Both the position numbers and the translations under genes were made by a program. The notes beneath the pieces were generated by a model, which saw only the letters and a list, made by a program, of their open reading frames with translations, was not told the origin of the DNA and made no database searches. A DNA stretch of 64,000 nt from positions 434,001 through 498,000 of the forward strand of contig NW_020846941.1 of assembly GCF_003704095.1 (NCBI RefSeq), given 5' to 3'. Source of the DNA: Pocillopora damicornis. Taxonomy: Eukaryota. This document shows, one piece after another, positions 12,642 through 24,693 of the stretch (positions within the stretch are counted from its first letter, which is position 1; every line of letters starts with the position of its first letter).

Positions 12642-13547
12642 ATGATCAATTCCGAATTACATTGCAACCGGTGGATCGTTGTGCTCAGCGCTGAATCCTT
12701 GGCGATAGTCGTTCTCAACATTATCACCATTATTGTATTTGTGAAGCAGCGCCAGCTACAGAGGAAGAGTACATACTTGATCATCCATCTTGCTATAGTC
12801 GATCTCTTGGCTGGAGGTATCAGTGAGCCTCTGAGCGTTGAAAAGATTGGAAGCTTTTGTAGTCTGAGGGAGTACGACACAACAAATAATACTTGGCTGG
12901 TCAAAATGAAGAGAGCCTTAGAGTTTATCTTTCCTTCCTCCTCACTGCTCAATCTCGCTGTTATTTCATTGGAACGGGCACATGCAACATTCTTCCCGTT
13001 CAGACATCGTTTTATCAGTCCATGGGTATATGGAGTGGTAACTTCCTTTATTTGGTTTACACCTGTAGCAGTGGAAGGAGGACGCATATTTTTCAAACTA
13101 TATTTAAACAGAGATCTGCCTGATTTAATTATTTATTTTTCTTTTGTTTTTAGTCTTCTTTTTGCTATCTGTGTTTCTTATTTTGCCATTTTTCTCAAAG
13201 TCCGACGCAGTCGTCATCCTCAACACCATGGTGCAGCCGGTCTGAGGGAAAGAAAACTGACTAGTACATTGTTTCTTGTCACCCTAGGATCTTGGGTAAC
13301 GTTTCTGCCAAGTGCGATTTGGTTCAGTTTCGACATATTCAAATACCGCTCCTCTATCAACCTTTCCCCTAAAGGAAGGTTTCAAGTCGAAATGATAGCC
13401 CTTATGTTATTCTTCGCAAATTCGCTGCTAAATCCTTTAATCTACGCCATACGGATGCCAGAATTAAGGTCGGGTATTTTGCGAATAATATTTCGCAGGC
13501 CCCCACAGCGCTTGAATCAAGTGGATCTTTCACTACAAAATATTTAG
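12642..13547 (+). CDS. Second tandem paralogous class A orphan GPCR, 301 aa
   Basis: HLAIVDLL, ERAH, FLP, NPLIYAIRMPE; clear paralogue of 8363-9313 (shared RHPQHHGA..RERKLTSTLFLVTLGS). Confidence 0.9.
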   Translation: MINSELHCNRWIVVLSAESLAIVVLNIITIIVFVKQRQLQRKSTYLIIHLAIVDLLAGGISEPLSVEKIGSFCSLREYDTTNNTWLVKMKRALEFIFPSSSLLNLAVISLERAHATFFPFRHRFISPWVYGVVTSFIWFTPVAVEGGRIFFKLYLNRDLPDLIIYFSFVFSLLFAICVSYFAIFLKVRRSRHPQHHGAAGLRERKLTSTLFLVTLGSWVTFLPSAIWFSFDIFKYRSSINLSPKGRFQVEMIALMLFFANSLLNPLIYAIRMPELRSGILRIIFRRPPQRLNQVDLSLQNI

Positions 13548-14682
13548 TTTTCTTTCCGATTTAAAGGTCACTGGTGATTCGTCTCACAGGAAATCAACTT
13601 GACTTCGGGGCTTTGGCTTTGTTTGGAGAATTAACAGAAGAAGGTCGCTAATAATATTTCCCTAAGAATTAGACCATCCTTTCCGATTGTCACAGATACC
13701 GTCTGAACTCAGTCTGTTTTGGAGGTGACAGAAAGGTTGGTAAATATAGCGTTTTTTAGGACCACGTGTTTGCAGTGAAAGCAACAAGCGACTGAAGTGT
13801 TTGAAAATCAGGCAGGGACCAAGGAAGGCGTCTATGGCCTCTTTTAGATCCGTAGTTTAACCTTTATGTTAATAAACACGTTTTTGTAGCCTCTTAGATT
13901 TCGAGTTTTCTCAGCTGTTCAATCAATTGATAATAAATGCCTCTGCATGGTGAGAAAACTTGGCGCGTGACAGAACATTCTTAAATGCTTCGCGGTGGTT
14001 TCCCAATTCACCTTGTTGAGCAAAAAAAAAACACGAAAAAGTTGAAAGTCAAAATAAAAATCATAATTTTTTGTTGGACAGGAGAGCACTCTTTATGTAC
14101 CATTTGGACACAAAATTAAAATAAAACAAACACATAAAGACGGACGCACTTAGAAAATCTAGAAAGTTTATTAAGAAAGTGTACTGTTGAAAATTTTTTT
14201 TCTGCTACGCTACAAATTATCTTGATCCAAGCAGACCTTATCAAATGAATTATTCGGATTATCACACAAGATAATTGGTAACTAAAGCTTCCCTCTCAAA
14301 GGCAGCATTAAAAAAAAAATTAATGATATCAAAACCTAGCAAGGAAAAGCTTAAAATATAGCTCTTTTATTGCGGCTTAGTAAGCGGTAAAAAAGAAGAA
14401 TGTATCTGGTCAGAAATGCGTCTACATTTTCCCTCGCTGAAGAATAAGTAAAAAAAATAATATCAAATTAAAAAAATAATAACAAGCTATCTGCCAATAT
14501 TTGAACTCATCACAGTGATAAAAATATTTTCTAGGAAGCAGTGATTTAAGAAATAGTAATCAATAGATCTTATATGTATGTACTGACTAAATGTTCCAAG
14601 ACTTTTTGCAAAAGGTTTCTAACTAAGACAGCAATGTTCTTCTAGTCTCGTTTTCAGCATTTTTGACGTTTGTGTTCTTTGT

Positions 14683-15953
14683 TCAATATTTGTTTAGGTC
14701 TTCTTCAAGGTAAGGATCTTGATACAATGGGTTTGCCATGGACGTTGCTCCTTCCTTGTCCGACTAGAAAGGAACGAGAAAGACACATTAGTAGTTTTCA
14801 AGGGGGAGGGTTGGGNNNNNNNNNNCCGAGTCGGAAAAAGATGCTTTCTTAACTTTTTTAATCTTTGAAATTCTTAGCTTAGATGAAGGAACTCCTCTAT
14901 TCTGGGAACAAGCTGTAGCCAAGGGTGAAAAAAAAATTGCGTCCTATTACCAGTGAACCTGTCACCATCAGTAAAAGGACATCTCTATTCAGGGGACACT
15001 TTCTCCATTCAAAAAGGGTGTCTGCTGAAAGGAGGTTCCACTGTAGGTCGAAACAGATCGAACTGTAAACGTCTCACTCGAAGGCTATATCGTAGCGATA
15101 AGTGTTGGGTGTGGGGATAAGCTTTTTCTATCCTTCTGAACTATTCCTGTATGTGTTTTTACTTTTAGATCAAATGATAATTAAATAGGGAAACCCGGTA
15201 CTTTGAAAACATAGATGTCATTTTTCAGTACCGTCAGTCCATACTTGAGGAGTGGAAGACATGTTTAACTAAAATACTCACCGCAATCCCAAACGCGTCA
15301 TCTGAGGCAAACATGTTTGTATCCACGTCACTCATGTGAAACTGATATAAAGATCACAAAAGAAGACCGATAAGAAAACTTTTCAGTTGCACACATTGCA
15401 AATAATCGCCGTGATTTACGAACTTAGTGAATCTTCCCTCTGAAGTAAAAACAAACCCTGTTACCCTCTCCTTCCCACATCATGCTGCTGCCAGCTCAAA
15501 AAGTTTCAAGGAAGCCTGCAGGGTAAATCAGACACCTCCACCCTGGTGAAAATAAATGTGACCAAGAAGGCACCGAGGTGACACCACTTGCTTGCCACCC
15601 TAGTGGCTCAGTTTCAATTCCTAGACTTTGTGTCGAATGTGGGTTGCATTTTCTTTTATTTTGTTTTGCCTTTTTTTGAGTTACACAGTTTTCCTCCCTC
15701 AAAAAAACGAAAAAGAAAAAAAAATCCAGATTTCAATAAGACATTACATCAGCGCATAGGGAGCAAGCCAGTGGATTTTCCGATACCTAGACGTGCGTGG
15801 ACTTATCCTCTTTAAAAGTCTCCATTAAGTAAAACATTTCTGTCACAAGAGTCACTTACGTCTTCCAGGGGTTGTCCTTCATTGAAAGAATCATACACAG
15901 GGTTTCCAACACCCTCAGCCATTTCGATTTCTCCTTTCTCCTTCTTGCCTTTC
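14683..15953 (-). CDS. Cytoplasmic-tail exons (15953-15860, 15341-15282, 14763-14683) with two NPxY motifs
   Basis: [31 protein letters not shown]|[20 protein letters not shown]|[26 protein letters not shown]. Confidence 0.87.
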
Positions 15954-18900
15954 CTGTGAGAGACAGCCATTATAAATGCGTCAAATTGGCAAAAGTTTAG
16001 GAGTTAAGAGCCAACTGCCTTATATCTATCAAAGCCTAGTCCACGGAATGGCCAGGAGTTTTATCACTTCCCCGAGATGGAATTTCTAGTTCATCGCAGG
16101 GTACCCTTTGTACAAATCTTTCTTCAAGTTTTCTTGACAAGCCTACTCATTTAGCAACAGTAGGGCGATCATGACTGACTTGAAGCAGTACAACGAGGGG
16201 AAAAAGGAGTTACTCTTGAAATGACGTACCTTATTTGTGAGCCTTCCTTATTAGAGGGGTCATAAAACACCGAGAACAAGGTAAGTCTCTTCCTGTTAAT
16301 CAAAGAAAAAAATTGGTCGAAATTAATTGAAAACAAACAATTTGAACCAGAGATAACTGTAGCACCTTACAAACAACCTCAGTTGTGAGAGGAGAAAGTG
16401 AGCTGTCTCAACTCAAGTAGCTACACAAGTAAAAAACAAAGACGGAAAAAAAAAACAGCGACACTTTCTACGCTTTATTCTCGTTTTCCGTTTCCTGAGA
16501 GAAAGTCTGAAAGAAGGCATGAAACACGAAAAAGACAACAACAAAAAGATTAATACTTACTTTTTACTCTTCATTATATAGTAGGCCACAACGAGGACGA
16601 TAAGGATTAACACAATTCCAGCAGCGACACCGACGCCAATGTAAACTAAAAGACAGAGACGGTCTCAAGATCAATTTTTTTGGTCAGGTTATTGGAGCCT
16701 ATCCCAACACATGAGAAGACTTATTTAAAGAGAGGATTGACACCGTGGCTGTTAAAAACATCAGCGAAGTTTCTAAACAACCATACCTCTCTGTGTAAGA
16801 AACTATAATTCAAATCATTCCAGTTTATACATAGGTAACCCCACATAAGAATTAACGTTGTTCTTACTAGATAACAATTTACTTACTTGACGATTTATTG
16901 CCCTTTTGTTTATCTGTCCTTGTTCCAGTCTTGGGCGGCGCTAAAAGTAATGAGGAAAATTTAGTGACTTGCATACAAAATAATTAATTTATATTCAATT
17001 CAAATACAACGCTACAATGTATAAGCAAGCTTACACATGACACCTACACAAAGGGTCTCAAAGGGTTTAACTGTTTGCCGTAAACGGCCAAAAAAATTAG
17101 CCATTTGGGGTATAAATTGACAAATTTTAATCATTCGTCGTAAAAAAAAGTTAACAGTCTAGAAAAGAATTAGCCGTTAGCCGTAAAGCCATCGCCCCAC
17201 TGAGACCCTCTACAAACGGTTTTGCATAGGAATGTGAAGAATTGAAGAAAGTTTTATAAAGCTCGTATAGAGCGAACTAAACCGTTTGCTTCTCTAAGTT
17301 CTCATCGCCGTCACTTGCTTACCTTTACAGTTGAATTTGATCTGATCTTCAGGGTAGTTACAAGTCTGGTTGCGAGAACAAATGACTGCTTTCTCCACGC
17401 ATTTTCCAAGGCAAGGCTGAAGTGAAGGTATCTGATTTGTACAGTTGTTTGGAATCTGATTCTCACATTTTCGTCCGTTCCTATCAAATGGACATCTGTA
17501 GCACGAGAAGAAACATGGGTTAACGAGTTAAAAAATAACACGTTAAGTTTATCGTATTCAATTAAAGCTAATTAATCATAACGACCAAGTGCTAAATTGC
17601 TGTAAATGAAAGTGAGGACCTTCTGTAGGGACAAAAAAAGTTGGCCACGCCAAGGAGGAAGCTTATGTAAGCCATGAAGTAGACACAGTTAACAAGCCTT
17701 CTGCTCCACAAGATATATATAGCTTGTATGTATATTTGTACTATAAAGTCACACAAAATTAGTTTAGTAAATTCATCGGTGGGGGAGGAGGAATGCACAC
17801 TTTCCACTTCTGAATATCGTAAAGCTCAAGAACATAATTGACTGATGACCATTCCTTCACAAACCAAAACAAAAGACTTGCTGCACACTTGACCATGCAA
17901 TACGGGTCTGCATACTTACAGACAGGCCATAAACCCTTTATCGTCCGCCTTACATTCTGCTCCTTCAGGGCAGAAAGACTTCTGGTCTTCGCAGCCTTTA
18001 AAAGGAACAGAAAAAATTGTTAGTTTTGATGGCGAAATGCCGCAGTTTCTTTTTTTTTTTTATTGCTACAATAACCTGGAAAATAGAAGTAATTTAGTAC
18101 ACCAAATTCACATCGAAACGAATCTGCTTGCTATCCTTTAATATATACAAGGTTTCATACGGTAGATCAAAGGATTTCTGAACTACTAAACGGGTTTGTT
18201 TCTTTCGGCGAGCCGCTCATTTTAGTCTAGGAGGGGTCGGGGTCGGTTTTTCAAAGGACACGATTGCACGATGGCTTTCCTGTTTCAAATAATAAAAAAT
18301 TACCATCAAACTACCGCTTTAATGTGCTATGGACACCTACTTCCACATAAGTTGCGGATCTCTGATTTATTTTTCGGACACGATATGCTCTGGTCACAGA
18401 TCTGATCTATCTTCACACATTTGCCATTTGTTCCACAATTCACCAAGCCATTTTTTTGATTGCAAGTGTCACATCGTTGGCCGACATAGTCAGAAGTGGT
18501 GCACCTGAAATAAAATTTACAAATTTAGCATCTCATTGTAACATAGTGGATATATATATCAAACGCTTATCGCTGAGGCTGAGTTTGCTTAAACCCACAA
18601 AGCCAATCCTGCCGGAGCTTAAAACGATTTCGTTTTCATGAAGCGACCATCAGTCTGGCTACTCTCCTCACCCCCACCCCCTTAACGAGATTTTTCTAGT
18701 TTTACTTTCTGCTAACTATTTTCCATTTACTTTGATGGGAGGAGAGGGGCATGGCGAGAGGTTAGTGTCTTTCCTAAGAAAGCAACACAGTGATCCGTGT
18801 GGTGTTTCTACTCACACTAAGCGACACATAACACCAAGGGACAGCGTCTCTCAAATAACTTCCCAAGAAATGCTGAATAAGATGCAAACTCTCGGCAAGC

Positions 18901-19334
18901 TTTCCGAAAAAAGGAAGATGGCATGACGCTATTCATTTTCCGATGAGGCTGATTCATCACTTACTGAAAATACCGTTAAACGTTGACCATGACTACGTTA
19001 ATGTAAACAAAAAAACACAAGCCTTACTCGCAAGTCGGATTTCCATCTACCATCTTGCAATTTCCCTTTACACAGTAATGTGATGTGCAAGCTGAAAAAA
19101 AAAAAAAAANNNNNNNNNNNNNNNNNNNNNNNNNNNNNNNNNNNNNNNNNNNNNNNNNNNNNNNNNNNNNNNNNNNNNNNNNNNNNNNNNNNNNNNNNNN
19201 NNNNNNNNNNNNNNNNNNNNNNNNNNNNNNNNNNNNNNNNNNNNNNNNNNNNNNNNNNNNNNNNNNNNNNNNNNNNNNNNNNNNNNNNNNNNNNNNNNNN
19301 NNNNNNNNNNNNNNNNNNNNNNNNNNNNNNNNNN

Positions 19335-19367
<33 letters not shown>

Positions 19368-22300
19368 AGTAAAATAAAAAACCGAAATAAACCCCGTTCC
19401 ACATGTGATCCCAAGTTTTACGCTGTATTAAGCCTCACCTTGGCAAAGCTTGACAAACTCAACGGGACTAAGGCCACACTGAACGCTTCTAGAACATATT
19501 TTTTCCTTGGTCGTGCAGAACCACTTGCCAATTTTGCACTGGATTTGATCTTTAGGACACTCACAACTGGTACAGTTCTGACATCTTGCACCGTTGTAAT
19601 TGGCATCGCATCTTTCACAAAGAAGAAACACTAATTACTTTCGAAATAAATTAAGTTGAGTAACTGAGCACTATCAATTGGCTCACAATGCAACCACATG
19701 TGATAAAGATGGCCACGGTTCGGATGGCAACTCCAGCTTTAGATTGAATCAAAGCGACCAATGGGGCCCGAAGCTAACATTACAACCACTGTGCTTCATC
19801 TGGCCATACCCTCGGTCATCGAAAAACACAAACAAAACCAAACGAACAAACAAACAAACAAACAAGAAAAGGGATTGTTGGGCGAAAACTGGCGGGAGTG
19901 ACTGGAAGAAAAACACAGTTTATTTAACTCTATCCGAATTGCTGTCATACCATACTACGTAATGAAGATACTTACACACAATCCGGACGCCCAAAGTTGT
20001 CTAGTTGACACTTTCCATTGATACAATAGCTTTCGGTACATGCTGGATACAAAGCAATTGAACGTTATAAGTATTAATTAACTATATAAAACACATTGTA
20101 AAATATCCTAAAATTCCGGGTTTAATTCGTAATCTGCAGACCTTGACATCAAAGAGCAGTCCTGTCTATAACACGCAATCTCTTCTTAAAAACAATAAAT
20201 CAACGCAACATCAGACAAAACTTTTACGAAGAAGTTACTGAGGAAAATGATCTTATTTCCCTAAACTTCTTTTAACGAAATACATCACGAAAATTGTTTC
20301 ACATAAAAGAGATAAATACCGAAATGTTTAAGGGGAGTAAATAATTAAAATGGAAAAAAAAAGTAAATAAAGAAAAGAAAAAAAACAGAATATAACAAAA
20401 GTTAGAAGGATTACAAAATGATAATCTTCAACAATTAAAATCACTTTGAGCGAGCAAACTTACCACAATGTGATTCATCACTTCCATCCGTACAATCAGA
20501 CTTGCCGTTACATTGCAGAGTCTTGTTTAGGCATTTTCCATCAGCTGGGCAATAAATCTGGAAATGACCACAATTACGGTTGGCTGCAAAAACAAGTAAA
20601 GCAGACTTTAGAAATCGTCATAAAAACGTAACTAAATTCTACCAAAGAATTACGCCATCATTCCTTCAATTATTACTAATTATTGACCGAAGTGGAGGTA
20701 AACACACAATACTTTCGCAGAAACTGAAGCGAATAACTGTTTTAGTATATACCGTACGGAAACCAAAAATTAGTTCATATCTGTCAATATACAGAAAAAA
20801 GTCGGAATTCAAAATCTTGACGTGTGATTTTGTCTCTACGTTTCGGAAGTGAATAGTACTTCCTGATCACTTCCAAACAGGCGAATCAGCGCGCGCGAAA
20901 GGCACTATTCACCTGTGTGGTATATGCCAAAATATTTCCTAGTTCAAAAGAAGGTCAAAGTGAGCAAGAGAAAAACAAACAATTTAACAAACCAAAAAAC
21001 AACCACAGAAATTAAAACTTGACAAAATATTACCACAGTTAGCTTCTGCTCCCTCGTCTGAGTGGTCTTTACAATCTGGGTATTGGTCACAAACGAAGGC
21101 CGACTTGATACATTCTCCACTCTTACATCGGAATTCGTCACGCTTACACTGACCTGGTGGCGCTGAAAATAATGGAATAAAAGCGGTGAGACTTTGCCAA
21201 ACGGTATTTGTAAATAACAGTTGACGGTCTTGTAGTGAGATTTCAGGTTTGCTAGATATTAAGCCAGATTTAAAATGGAAATTGTGGTTCAAGTAACTAT
21301 GGTCAGAAAGAGTTTCTCTTGGAAGCCCATCTTTTTCCTATCTACATGAATTTGAAAAGGGTATTGCAAATATCGCAAATATTTACGTCAAACAGCCTCA
21401 CAATTTCTGTCACAGTTCCACTTCAAGCAATTGAAAAGGACTAAAAGTAGCAGAGTACGCGCATGCCCTGCCTATCGTCATGACTATACTGATAAGGTAG
21501 CGTTTTAAATGTGCAGGAGAAGTCAACGAAAGCGATTGTATGTAAAGAAATCATTGATATCCTTTTTAAGATTTATTTAAGAAAGTAGTCAAAGACGCTC
21601 AGTGGGTCCCATCAACGTAAGAGGCCCTACTTCAAGAAAGGGGCACAAGGTAGAAGTACCCCAAAACGTTTTTTAACGTACTTGTAGAGTATAGTCAGTG
21701 AAAAACAAAGAGAATGACAAGTGAGACAGTAGCAGGCTACATGGCTTGTTGTCAATTAATTTGAAGAAATCCTGCATAACCGCGTTTTTAGAATAAATCA
21801 TGCAAAACATCTTTGGATTAGTGTAGACGGAGCTAAAACGATACTATATAGTCATAACTGAATCACACTCACTATGTGTGCAGGATGAAAAGGTGATGTC
21901 ATCAATCGCTATGTCACTAGCCGTGGTTGGACCACGCTCTGCCTCAAAACTGACGGTGAAAGCTGTCTTGTTCTTAATCAGTTCCGTGAAGTTGTGCACA
22001 CCTCTATACCAGCCGTCACCCTGGTTTCCAGCCTTTTTCCAAACCTAAAAGGAGATATCATAGGAAGATAATGTTTAAAATGGTCAGTAATATAACTTGC
22101 TTGTTTGTACACCATTATCAACAACAAAAACAACAACAACAACATCGTTAGAAAAGGAGCTGCCCTGTTTAACTTTATTTTCGCCGTAAGGCAAAAAGCA
22201 GTTAAAACGGGCAATGATGCAAGTGATGAACCCTCTACACACTAACATTAGTATGTATAATCTCCATACTGTTCTCTAAAGAAAATTGTGAATTACCTCG

Positions 22301-24648
22301 GTACGTTGTCCATCTTTGGGTTCAACAAACACACGCAACACACCCATGCCAGTGCCGTACATGTGGTAGAAGAAACTCATCCGGCAGTAAGACTCTGATA
22401 CACTTGTGAAGGTGTAAGAGACCCTGGCTGTGTCTTTGGGCTGCGCTTGAGATGAATCCATGTAAAGATAGTACCCTACACGGAGCAACAAATAGAAACT
22501 TAGATGGGCCCCATGACAAATCAATCAAACCTAGGATTCCGTGCCTCGATGCTCTATCACTAAGCCACAGAGACAATACGCTGAGTACAAACAAAATAAG
22601 CGAGCTCTTCATTGAAGCCATAGAAGTACACTAAGCTTGCCATAGCTGAATAATAACTCAAATGGGCTAAACAAACACCGTTATATAGGGAGAGTAAACA
22701 AAAACTAAATTGCTTGCCAAGCATCCACTTTGTTCATTTTCCACGGGGATTGTAAGAGGNNNNNNNNNNGAAGACGACTAACGGCAATGGCTATGAATCA
22801 GAATCATCCTCTTGTTATTTATGATCCACCACCAAGGATTCTCCTCTTCATGCCCCTCTCGTTCTTCCCGCATATCAAACACTCCCATAGTAAAAGATTA
22901 CCGCTCTCGCCAGCTTTCCTCAGCTCAGCGAATTCAAGATGGCGATCATAGGTTTAACGAAAGACAATTAAGCGATATGCTTTAACTTAAGGTTGTTAAT
23001 TAAAAGCATTCTGAAATCTGGAATCTTACCAGTCGCATCCTGTTTAGTGTGATCATAGCGTGGACCGGTGTTTCTGTTTTGTGTCTCTCCCTGGTTTCGT
23101 GTAAAACTTGCAGGGGCAGTTGAATCAACAATCCAATCACACATGCCTCTTTCGAAGTCACATGAACCTTTAGTTGGTGCATTCGTCGGGGGGTAGGTAG
23201 GAGTGGTACTGTCGTCTTTGCAGCACATGATGCCGCCTGAATTACTTACTGACATGAACGAACAACCCTCTAGATTGCCAGCAGCGGGCGTGTACATCGT
23301 CTGGCGTTTGAAAACACCTTATGAAGGAAATGAAAATAAGATTTTTAAGTCAAGCATTAGTTTGAAATGGACTGACATCCCGTCTTTGATGGTTTTTCAC
23401 ACTACCAAAAGCTCTATAAGCTCCGACAATAAAGCTTGACCTACCTGAGTCACAGGAGTCTGGACCTTTGCAACCAAAGCCGCAGCAAAGCGGTTCTGAG
23501 CACGAGTCGTGGTATTGACCACAACCATAATCTAATCCAGTTTTTACTCGCTTGCAGCCGTCGCCTCCTCCACTGTTGGTCTTACAGTGGTTAATACCGG
23601 CGCTGAAATGACCATAACCAGCTCTCTGGCAATCCACACCGTTCGTCTACACAATGAAGGGATCAGATTTTAGTAAAAACAAGCTTCTGCAAACTTCTGG
23701 TTCAAATATAGTAGGAATTTCCTAGCTCTTTCATCGACTGCTCTTTGAAACTAAAACAAATGACTTAATCAAGGGCATATAACTACACTAGTTGTTCGCT
23801 TTTGAAACAAACTATTACAAAAGGATTGCCCTTGTGATCACATCTTAATACTAGCCAGGACAAGTTAAGAACAGGTTCTATATCAAACGCATGCCCTGTG
23901 GAGTTACAATCATTAGTTAGAGAACGTCCATGAAATGGCTCACATTCCGACAGGATTCTCACGTGTACCTTTAAATTTGCGCTGAGAAATTTTCATGCGG
24001 TTTCATAGTTGTGATTATCCTGTATTTTAACATGCATTGACGCTGTCATTTGACAGAAAAATCATTTGTAGCTTTTCTGTTTAGAAAGGAGCAACTTAAG
24101 TCTTACTCGGTTGACAATTTCGAAAACGTCTCCAAAAGTTCCACAGACATGCCAACCATCTTCGCACAGGTCAGCAGGTTGGCCACACCAACGACCCCAA
24201 CGCCCGACGTCATCTCCGCACGTGGCACCAACATAGGAAGGCTTGGCTCGGAGGTTTTTACGTCCCCACCAATAACCTTTGCAGCCGGCCACAGTCGGAT
24301 GCTGAAAGAAACCTTCTCGTCCACCGTCAGAACAACCCGTTTTCAGGGCTTTGTCGCCGTATCTCAAGGCCTGGTCGTCTGTGAAGGAACATTGACCCTG
24401 CAAAGAATTTCAGGTACTACTTTAAAGAAGGAGTTTGTAAGACAGGGATTCGGTGACGATTTCTCCATTCACTTCAGTATAGGCAGGAGTAAGTTTAATA
24501 CTTTTTTTAAAGTATTTAAGGTCTCCGAGCGCTTAACTGGCGAAGCTTTGCGCCAGTCTAGGTATTTTTTCAAGTCGCCCACCAATAAAAATCACCCAAA
24601 GATTTCCAAAACAATGCGTCATGGAGAGCAGAAATAATGAAAGAATAA

Positions 24649-24693
<45 letters not shown>

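Noticed and set aside
15735-15815. PVDFP in a plus-strand ORF resembling the GPCR C-terminus SPVDFPL
   Set aside because: Only five residues, with no adjoining GPCR homology; probably chance.
18998-19634. Long ORFs through the N-run, poly-P and poly-K
   Set aside because: Artefacts of the assembly gap and homopolymers. The exon chain is already phase-complete across this gap.
24050-24637. 195-aa plus-strand ORF and many other antisense ORFs over exons
   Set aside because: Shadows of the GC-richer minus-strand exons; no recognisable domains.
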